Part shown: positions 27,934 to 34,800 of the stretch, piece by piece
Layout of the letters: each line of letters begins with the position of its first letter
Position numbering within the stretch: the first letter of the stretch is position 1
Sequence record: SRR22947727_800
Reading direction: 5' to 3' (one strand)
DNA length: 34,800 nucleotides
Program-made: the position numbers and the translations under genes
The notes under the pieces: model-generated
Told to the model about the DNA's origin: nothing
Seen by the model: the letters and a program-made list of their open reading frames with translations, nothing else
Databases searched by the model: none

Positions 27934-29145
27934 ATGATCGAAGAACTCGAAGCGCGAAAACGAATTTTAGAGAGCACCTCCAGTGGCCCCGTGATGTGGG
28001 TTCCGATTTCGATGGCGGTTGATGGAGTCGCGGCCGAAACACTTGGTGCTCGATTGGATTGCCCGGTTTTCGATAATTCGTCGATGGACGGTTATGCGGT
28101 TCGCGCTTCGGAATGTCGAACCGGAGATACACTGAACGTCGCCGGTCAAGTCCAAGCTGCAGGGCCAGATCTTGATCTGATTCTTAAGCCCGGCGAAGCC
28201 CTGCGAATTTTTACAGGAGCCGCCATTCCGCGCGGTGCGGATGCCGTTATCATGCAGGAGGATGTCGAATTTGTGGATGATGAGCGGACGGCGATTCGAA
28301 TTGTCGAAGGGGTTGAGCTTGCCGAGAACATTCGGCGGCGGGGTTCTGATGTCTGTGAAGGTCAGCGAATTCTCTCAAAAGGGGAGCGTATCAAGCCTAC
28401 GACGATTGGTTTGCTTGCCTCGCAAGGACTTCCCAACGTGCCGATTTTTTCGCGACCAATGGTGAATATTGTGACAACGGGAGACGAGCTGGTTGAGACT
28501 GGTGAATGGCTTGGCGAAGGCGAAATTTACAATAGCAATGGACCCATGCTTACAGCGGCAGTTGAAAGACTGGGAGGCATTGCTGCGCGATTTCACGCGA
28601 TGGATGATCGTGGGCATCTTCGCTCGGTATTGGAAAATGCGCTTCACACGGGGGACTTTGTGATCATTGCGGGCGGCGTTTCGGTGGGCGATCGCGATTT
28701 TGTAAAAGAAACCCTGACCGATCTGGGGGTGACCACTGAATTTTGGCGAGTGAATGTAAAGCCCGGTAAACCCTTCGTTTTTGGGCGATTCGAAGATCGG
28801 GTGTCTGTTTTTGGTCTGCCGGGAAATCCAGTTTCTGCGTTCGTGACCTTTTCGATGTTTGCCGGTCCGGCGATTCAAAAATGGCTAGGCAAAAAAGATG
28901 TTTCCGTAGATCAACCTGCCCTGGAATCGTTTTCGGGAGTGCTTGGCACGGACCTCGAAAATCGGGGTGACCGCCCCCATTACCTTCGAGTGAAAGTGGA
29001 TCGTGAAAACGGAAATCGGATCACTCCATTCGGAGTTCAGCAAAGTCACGCCGTTCACGGGCTTGCGCAGGCTGATGCATTGGTGCGGTTGGCTGCATCT
29101 GAAAGTCTGCAGTCCGGTCAAAGCGTTACTGGTTGGTGGATTTGA
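27934..29145 (+). CDS. moeA: Molybdopterin molybdenumtransferase (gephyrin-like)
   Basis: FDNSSMDGYAV, IFTGAAIPRGADAVIMQE, TGDEL, GGVSVGDRD, VKPGKP and GLPGNPVS. Confidence 0.95.
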   Translation: MIEELEARKRILESTSSGPVMWVPISMAVDGVAAETLGARLDCPVFDNSSMDGYAVRASECRTGDTLNVAGQVQAAGPDLDLILKPGEALRIFTGAAIPRGADAVIMQEDVEFVDDERTAIRIVEGVELAENIRRRGSDVCEGQRILSKGERIKPTTIGLLASQGLPNVPIFSRPMVNIVTTGDELVETGEWLGEGEIYNSNGPMLTAAVERLGGIAARFHAMDDRGHLRSVLENALHTGDFVIIAGGVSVGDRDFVKETLTDLGVTTEFWRVNVKPGKPFVFGRFEDRVSVFGLPGNPVSAFVTFSMFAGPAIQKWLGKKDVSVDQPALESFSGVLGTDLENRGDRPHYLRVKVDRENGNRITPFGVQQSHAVHGLAQADALVRLAASESLQSGQSVTGWWI

Positions 29146-29199
29146 TTTTTTCGATCGAACAGGGTCTGTACGATGAACACACCCCGTTGTTTTGTGAAA
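29146..29199. repeat. Inverted pair of the ~22-bp dispersed repeat, copy 3
   Basis: AACAGGGTCTGTAC-GAT-GAACACACCCCGTTGTTTTGTG has the same architecture as 17095-17144. Confidence 0.7.
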
Positions 29200-29264
29200 T
29201 CTGAAACACACATTTGCGGCGCGAAAGCCGTTGATTGCCAAGACTGTGTTTGTAGTATTTGGAT

Positions 29265-30230
29265 ATGAACTTTCGAAAAGCGCTTCCTATTTTGCTGGCC
29301 GTGGCTGCGGCTCCGGTCTTTGGCCAGAACAAGGTCAATTTTGAAAAAGAAATCTGGCCTTTCATCGAAAAAAGCTGTGTGGAATGCCACAAGGCTCCTT
29401 ACGAGGAAAATGGACGCACGAAAAAACCGAAGGCAGGTCTCCGGCTTGATGGGGCATGGGGCTGGGTGGCAGGAAGTGAAAACGGTGCCGTTTTTACGGC
29501 AGGGGAAGCGGACGATAGTGAAATGGTCGTGCGGGTGACGCTGCCGGCGGATGACGACGATTTTATGCCGCCAACGGATAAGGCTGATCCGCTCACGCCA
29601 GAGCAAATTGAGCTGTTTAAAAAGTGGATCAATGAAGGTGCTGATTTTGGTGGTTGGGCTGGAAATTTGGAAGGAAAGCCGAAGGAAGTTTCAAATACAG
29701 GTGCAAAAATTCCGGTCTCTGAGATTCAGGAAACCTACAAAAAATTGAGCGAAGGCCTCAAGCCATTCGAAGAAAAAGCGTGGGAAGGAATTACCGCTGC
29801 GGGAGGTCGGGTGATGCCACTTTCGGATTCAAGCCCTCTTGTTTCGGTCGATTTCCGCCTCACGGGTGAAGAGGCAACGGATGAGAAAGTGGGTTCGATT
29901 GCAAAAATTGGCGATCATGTGGCACATTTGGACCTTTCGAAAACAGCGATCACGGACGCTTCACTGGCGCAGGTTGCTGAGTTGAAACGGCTCGTCCGGC
30001 TGGATTTACACCAGACGAAAATTGGTGATGCCAGCATTTCGCAGTTGAAGGGGTTGTCGAATCTGCGGTATCTTAATCTTTATGGCACGGAAGTTTCCGA
30101 TGCTGGTTTGAAACAGCTGGAAGGGCTGAAAAATCTAAAAAATGTCTATCTATGGAATTCAAAAGCGACAGAGAAGGGTGCCAAAGCATTGGAAAAGGCG
30201 TTGCCCGGCGCAAAGGTGAATTTCAAGTGA
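29265..30230 (+). CDS. Planctomycete-type cytochrome c domain + leucine-rich repeat protein
   Basis: Signal peptide, SCVECH, GLRLD, MPP...WINEGA; C-terminal LxxLxLxxTxIxD repeats. Confidence 0.88.
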   Translation: MNFRKALPILLAVAAAPVFGQNKVNFEKEIWPFIEKSCVECHKAPYEENGRTKKPKAGLRLDGAWGWVAGSENGAVFTAGEADDSEMVVRVTLPADDDDFMPPTDKADPLTPEQIELFKKWINEGADFGGWAGNLEGKPKEVSNTGAKIPVSEIQETYKKLSEGLKPFEEKAWEGITAAGGRVMPLSDSSPLVSVDFRLTGEEATDEKVGSIAKIGDHVAHLDLSKTAITDASLAQVAELKRLVRLDLHQTKIGDASISQLKGLSNLRYLNLYGTEVSDAGLKQLEGLKNLKNVYLWNSKATEKGAKALEKALPGAKVNFK

Positions 30231-31099
30231 AGCGATCGGTTACTGCCGCCTTCATTTGTCTAGTTTCAGTGGCTCTCGGAATTTCTCAGGAAACTGCGAA
30301 ACCGGCGTTATTGCCTCCAGTGAATGACAACGCCATCCGGGTCACGTTTGAAAAAAAGGTGACGGCTTTGATGGAGGAGGGCGAAACGGCGGATGTAGAG
30401 GCGTTGCTAGCAGGGTTGAAAACGGCACGAACGGATACAAAACTTACGGCATTGCCACAGTCTTATCCGAAACTTTCGGATGCTGAATTTTATCGAAAGG
30501 CTCGGAAGGCGACGCTGGTTTTCGGCCGGGTATACCAGTGTGATAAATGTGACAAGTGGCATGGTAGTAATGCCGGAGCGGTGATCATTGACCCTTCAGG
30601 TATCGCCGTGACAAATTATCATGTGATGGATCATCTCGATTCCGGAGCATTCGGAGCGATGAATTCGGATGGGGAGGCATTTGCTGTTGAGGAGGTATTA
30701 GCCGCCTCAAAAAAGGATGATTTGGCTGTAGTGCGGTTGAAGAAAAATGCAGATGGCGCAGATTTTCCTTTCGTTCCACTTTCGAAAGGCGATCCAGTTG
30801 GAACTGAAATCCGTGTTGTGAGTCATCCTGATGGACGGTTTTATACTCTCTCTGAGGGAATTATTGCCCGCTATTTTGTAGACAAGAAAACGAAGACCAA
30901 CCGAGTTCAAATCACTGCAGATTACGCTCGAGGATCGAGTGGCTCGGGTGTTTTCAATATGCGAGGCGAATTGATCGGCGTGGTCGCTGCGACAACATCG
31001 ATTTATTATAGTCGGGAAAAAGGGCGCAGTGAGAATCTTCAGATGGTTGTAAAAAGCTGCATTCCGGTGGCCAGCGTTCATGCGCTTTTTGAAAAATGA
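30227..31099 (+). CDS. Trypsin-like serine protease (S1 family), exported
   Basis: Catalytic triad motifs VTNYHV, DDLAVV and GSSGS; GTG start overlaps the previous stop (GTGA); signal peptide. Confidence 0.85.
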   Translation: MKRSVTAAFICLVSVALGISQETAKPALLPPVNDNAIRVTFEKKVTALMEEGETADVEALLAGLKTARTDTKLTALPQSYPKLSDAEFYRKARKATLVFGRVYQCDKCDKWHGSNAGAVIIDPSGIAVTNYHVMDHLDSGAFGAMNSDGEAFAVEEVLAASKKDDLAVVRLKKNADGADFPFVPLSKGDPVGTEIRVVSHPDGRFYTLSEGIIARYFVDKKTKTNRVQITADYARGSSGSGVFNMRGELIGVVAATTSIYYSREKGRSENLQMVVKSCIPVASVHALFEK

Positions 31100-31476
31100 A
31101 GCGGCTGGCGAAAAGCATGCGCCACGGCTTTCGGGGAATCGCGACAACGTTTCGTTCTGAGCCTAATTTTCGAATCCATTGCGTTCTCAGTGTAGCGGCG
31201 GTCATTTTTGGAATCGCCCTTCACATTTCGTTGGGCGAGTGGGTCGCGGTGGTTTTTGCGATCGGTTTTGTCATGGCTGCGGAAGCTTTGAACACAGCGA
31301 TCGAAAAACTTGCAGATCGAGTCGAGCCGGAAATTGATCCAGCGATTGGAGTGGCGAAAGACGCTTCGGCAGCTGGTGTTTTGATCACAGCCATTGCAGC
31401 CGGCGTGGTCGGCGCTATCATATTCCTACCGAAATTATGGAATTGGCTGAATCTGCTTCTGGAAGCGCTGAATTGA
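31096..31476 (+). CDS. dgkA: Diacylglycerol/undecaprenol kinase family protein
   Basis: EPNFRIH, EALNTAIEKLAD and AKDASAAGVL; three TM helices. Confidence 0.92.
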   Translation: MKRLAKSMRHGFRGIATTFRSEPNFRIHCVLSVAAVIFGIALHISLGEWVAVVFAIGFVMAAEALNTAIEKLADRVEPEIDPAIGVAKDASAAGVLITAIAAGVVGAIIFLPKLWNWLNLLLEALN

Positions 31477-32849
31477 AGGACTGGATCCCCGATTTGGTGG
31501 ATTTGTTGGGCGAAAGTGTGGTCTCTGTGCGAGACGATGATCTGGCGACCCACAGTGTCGACAAATGGTATGCATCAAATCCGCCGGAAGCCGTTGTTCT
31601 GGCAAAGTGCCGTGAAGACGTTGTAAAAACGATGCGGTTTGCGAACGAGCGCAATATTCCCGTGACGACGCGTGGAGCCGGGGTGGGTTACGTTGGTGGC
31701 GCCGTTCCGATGTCGGGCGGCATTGTACTCTCCGTTCGAGGAATGGATGCGATCCGCGAAATCAATCCGGCGGATGGTGTTGCGGTGGTCGAACCGGGCG
31801 TGATTTTAGATGATTTGCAAACCGCTGCTCGCGAGCTTGGCTGGTATTACCCACCTGATCCAGCGAGTTTGAAAGAGTGCTCCATCGGCGGAAATGTCGC
31901 GACGAATGCAGGTGGACCGCGTTGTCTGAAATACGGAGTGACGCGGCATTATATCCTTGGATTGGAAGTGGTTCTCGCCAACGGAGAGGTGCTGCAAACG
32001 GGTGGTCGTTGCCACAAGAACAAAACCGGATTTGATCTCATTGGTATGTTTGTGGGTTCAGAAGGGCTTCTCGGAGTTGTTACCGAAATCACTCTGCGGC
32101 TCATTCCGCATCCCGAAGCGCGAGCGATGTTGACCGTGACGTTCCCTGAATTTTCTGACGCAGCAGCGGCAGTTCAGGCAATTTTAAATTCACGTTGGCA
32201 ACCTTCAGCGCTGGAAATCACGGATGGCTTCACCTTGGCGGCAGCTCGTAAACGCCTGGGCCCCGAAGCATTGCCGGATGGGAATGCGCACCTGATTGTC
32301 GAAATCGATGGCCGTGAAAAATCGTTGCCAGGTGAACTTGCCGAGCTGCGGGCTTTTCTGGAATCGCTCAAGGCCATCGAAATTGGCGAGGCAACGGATG
32401 ATAAAAGCTGCGAAGCGATCTGGAAATTGCGCCGTGAATTTTCCTATTCGCTGCGGGACACGGGGCTGATTAAATTGAATGAAGACATCGTCGTGCCGCG
32501 TTCTAAGTTGGTGGAGTTGGTGAATTTTGCTCGAAAATTACAAGATGAAACGGGGATTCCCGTGGCTTGTTTTGGTCATGCGGGTGACGGAAATATCCAC
32601 ACAAATTTAATGGTCAAAGATTACGATATTGATCCCGTGGCTCGCGAAAAAGCGGATGCCGCGCTCGATGTGCTCTTCAAATGGGTGCTGGCCCAGGGCG
32701 GTGCGATCACAGGTGAACACGGCGTTGGCTTGGCGAAAAAACGTTGGTTCGGCGATGCTGTTTCGGACGTGAGTCGCGCGGTCCATCGTGATTTGAAAGC
32801 AACGCTCGATCCGAAGGGCATTTTGAATCCCGGGAAATTTGTGGAGTGA
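31473..32849 (+). CDS. FAD-linked oxidase, GlcD/D-lactate dehydrogenase family
   Basis: RGAGVGYVGG, YPPDPAS, SIGGNVATNAGG, GSEGLLG, GHAGDGNIH and GEHGVG; likely TTG start at 31473 (TTGA overlap), alternative ATG at 31437. Confidence 0.92.
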   Translation: MKDWIPDLVDLLGESVVSVRDDDLATHSVDKWYASNPPEAVVLAKCREDVVKTMRFANERNIPVTTRGAGVGYVGGAVPMSGGIVLSVRGMDAIREINPADGVAVVEPGVILDDLQTAARELGWYYPPDPASLKECSIGGNVATNAGGPRCLKYGVTRHYILGLEVVLANGEVLQTGGRCHKNKTGFDLIGMFVGSEGLLGVVTEITLRLIPHPEARAMLTVTFPEFSDAAAAVQAILNSRWQPSALEITDGFTLAAARKRLGPEALPDGNAHLIVEIDGREKSLPGELAELRAFLESLKAIEIGEATDDKSCEAIWKLRREFSYSLRDTGLIKLNEDIVVPRSKLVELVNFARKLQDETGIPVACFGHAGDGNIHTNLMVKDYDIDPVAREKADAALDVLFKWVLAQGGAITGEHGVGLAKKRWFGDAVSDVSRAVHRDLKATLDPKGILNPGKFVE

Positions 32850-32913
32850 ATTCAAATAAGTTCTTAGCCGTTTCAAATTGCATCCACGATCTGATTCGAT
32901 ACGTTTCAACATC

Positions 32914-33144
32914 ATGAAGATTTCCATCGAATACTGCGGCCAGTGAAACTACGAGCCTTCGTCTGCCAGTTTGGCAGCAAAGATTCTCGAGAAAATTCCT
33001 TCAGCTGAAATCGACCAAATTCGTGGAGGAGGCGGTGACTTTATCGTCATCGCTGACGGGCAAAAATTGTGGGACAAAAATGGTCCGGATGACGGATTCC
33101 CCAACGATGAGGTATTGGCTGGCAAAATCGCGGCGCTTGCCTGA
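32914..33144 (+). CDS. Rdx family (SelW/SelT/SelH-like) selenoprotein, 76 aa, Sec encoded by TGA 32944-32946
   Basis: Manual translation: MKISIEYCGQ(U)NYEPSSASLAAKILEKIPSAEIDQIRGGGGDFIVIADGQKLWDKNGPDDGFPNDEVLAGKIAALA*. It shows the family pattern I.IEYCxxU.Y...G..G.F.V..DG..LW.K....GFP and fills the gap between the oxidase and mgtE. Confidence 0.9.
32957..32982 (+). promoter_or_regulatory. Putative bacterial SECIS element
   Basis: CUU-C-G(U bulge)CUGCCA-GUU-UGGCAGC-A-AAG hairpin; the apical loop starts with GU, 22 nt after the UGA. Confidence 0.7.
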
Positions 33145-33185
33145 TTTCCGTTTGCCAAAATTGTCAGGTCGTCGTCTCTGACACG

Positions 33186-34592
33186 ATGCCTGATTCTGCC
33201 ACAGTTTATCCTCAACCGCTCGACGTCGAAACGATTGTCGAAGTGCTGGAGAGTGATGACGAAGCGAGAATCGTCGACGTCTGTAAAAGGGCGCATCCAG
33301 GCGATGTCGAGGAAGCGCTGGAACGACTCGATGATGGGGAGCGTGAAGCAATTCTTCACATGCTTCCGTCCGACCTTTTCACGAGTGATTTGATCAATTA
33401 TCTCGATGCGGGTGACGTCGAGAAGAAGCTGCAAACGCTGCCCGAAACCGAGCAAGCGGAAGTGCTTGATGCGATGGATGACGATGAACTCGTCGACTTG
33501 TTGCAAGAGGTTTCGGATGAGCAGCGGCCTCAGCTGATCGAGCTTCTGCCGGAGAAAAAGCAGGCGGTATCCGAGGAGCTTTTGCAGTTTGAGGAAGAAA
33601 CTGCCGGTGGCCGGATGACCACCGCGATGGGGAAGATTCATGAGTCGTGCACTGTTGCTGAAGCTCTGGCGATTCTTGAAAAGATGAAGGAGGAAACCGA
33701 AGTTCTCAGTCGTATTTTTGTGGTGGGAGACAATGATCAATTGATCGGGAAAATTCGCCTTCGTGATCTCGCTTTCGGTGAAAAAACGGCCTTGGTCGGC
33801 AATTTGGCTGATGACGACCAAATGTCGATTCAGGTGGGCGCAGACCAGGAGGAGGCGGCAAACATGATCGCTCGTTATGATTTGGTCGCGCTTCCTGTCG
33901 TTGATGCTGAGGGGCGATTGCTTGGGGTTATTACCCACGACGACGCGATGGAGATTTTCGAGGAAGAGGCCACTGAGGATATGGAGATGATCTCCGGTAT
34001 TGGCGGTGAACGTGGCGAGCTTTCCTACCTTCAGACTTCGGTTTTTGGACATGTGAAACGTCGCTTCGGCTGGGTTCTGGTTCTCGCATTTCTCGCGTTG
34101 GCGTCGGGCGTGGTTATGCACATGTACGAGAATGTTTTAAAAGCCTACTACGTGCTGGTTATTTATCTTCCCATGGTCGTTGCCGCGGGTGGAAATACCG
34201 GTGGGCAAGCGGCGACGATGATTATCCGCGCGATGTCGCTGGGGGAATTAGGCCCTGGAGAATTTACTAGAGTTGTCTTTAAAGAGATGCGTGTTGGCAT
34301 GATCTTGGGGGCGTTGCTCGGAGTTTGCGTCGCCGTTCAGATTCAATTTCTGCTTCCTCAGAGCGTTCTCGGTGAGGGCGATTCGCTCATTCGAATTGCT
34401 GCCGTGGTTGGGATTTCATTGCTCGCGCAAGTGACGACGTCGACTTTGATCGGTGCTGCTTTGCCTCTCATTGCGCGAGCGGCAAAACTCGATCCAGCCG
34501 TGGTCGCTTCACCTGCGATCACCACGTTAGTCGATGTCAGCGGCTCGATCATATACTTCGCGCTTGCGAGTGCATTGATGGCGTCTGGGTGA
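33186..34592 (+). CDS. mgtE: Magnesium transporter MgtE
   Basis: Acidic N-domain, ETAGGRMT, CBS pair (YDLVALPVVD, GVITHDD), GGNTGGQA and DPAVVASPAITTLVDVSG. Confidence 0.96.
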   Translation: MPDSATVYPQPLDVETIVEVLESDDEARIVDVCKRAHPGDVEEALERLDDGEREAILHMLPSDLFTSDLINYLDAGDVEKKLQTLPETEQAEVLDAMDDDELVDLLQEVSDEQRPQLIELLPEKKQAVSEELLQFEEETAGGRMTTAMGKIHESCTVAEALAILEKMKEETEVLSRIFVVGDNDQLIGKIRLRDLAFGEKTALVGNLADDDQMSIQVGADQEEAANMIARYDLVALPVVDAEGRLLGVITHDDAMEIFEEEATEDMEMISGIGGERGELSYLQTSVFGHVKRRFGWVLVLAFLALASGVVMHMYENVLKAYYVLVIYLPMVVAAGGNTGGQAATMIIRAMSLGELGPGEFTRVVFKEMRVGMILGALLGVCVAVQIQFLLPQSVLGEGDSLIRIAAVVGISLLAQVTTSTLIGAALPLIARAAKLDPAVVASPAITTLVDVSGSIIYFALASALMASG

Positions 34593-34598
34593 TTTCAC

Positions 34599-34686
34599 GA
34601 ACGTACCCTATTGATTCATTGAAAGTACTCTATTGGTTCGTGGAGCCTTTTCCAACGTACCCCGTTGGTTCGTTGAACATACCCTA
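34599..34686 (+). repeat. Direct tandem array of the ~22-bp repeat
   Basis: GAACGTACCCTATTGATTCATT (34599-34620), GAAAGTACTCTATTGGTTCGTG (34621-34642), CAACGTACCCCGTTGGTTCGTT (34653-34674) and partial GAACATACCCTA (34675-34686). Confidence 0.8.
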
Positions 34687-34800
34687 CCAAATCGCATCAG
34701 GGTGAAGTCGTTCATAATCAGTGAAAATGTTATCGCGATCTGGTGGGGTTTTTACAGGCGGTATCGCCGGTCAATTATTGCTGTTGGATTGTGCGATTGC

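Noticed and set aside
32949-34121. 390-aa minus-strand ORF
   Set aside because: It is the antisense shadow of mgtE and the Rdx gene and has no recognisable motifs.
34599-34686. Possible CRISPR array
   Set aside because: The units are adjacent with no unique spacers, are degenerate, and there are no cas genes in the window.

Overview
Bacterial chromosomal DNA of about 52% GC, most consistent with Verrucomicrobia: it has a TGTTC-N4-GAACA box upstream of lexA, and PVC-type DUF1549/DUF1553, DUF1501 and planctomycete cytochrome c proteins. In order, the window carries: a DUF3592 membrane protein; a four-gene DUF1549/1553-PPC-cytochrome c/WD40-DUF1501 operon; a D-Ala-D-Ala carboxypeptidase; a TPR protein; lexA; an RlmD-like methyltransferase; a small secretin-like protein; RidA; a sulfatase; DUF3500; a probably frameshifted PQQ-propeller/LamG gene; purL(PurS-like fusion)-purQ-purM-purF; moeA; a cytochrome c/LRR protein; a trypsin-like protease; dgkA; a GlcD-like oxidase; and mgtE. 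Three things lie outside the ORF track. (1) A hidden 76-aa Rdx/SelW-type selenoprotein (CxxU, in-frame TGA, SECIS-like hairpin) at 32914-33144. (2) A dispersed ~22-bp repeat family, mostly placed right after stop codons. (3) A perfect GTAG-type REP doublet between purQ and purM. Family assignments come from recognising motifs by eye; no database searches were run.
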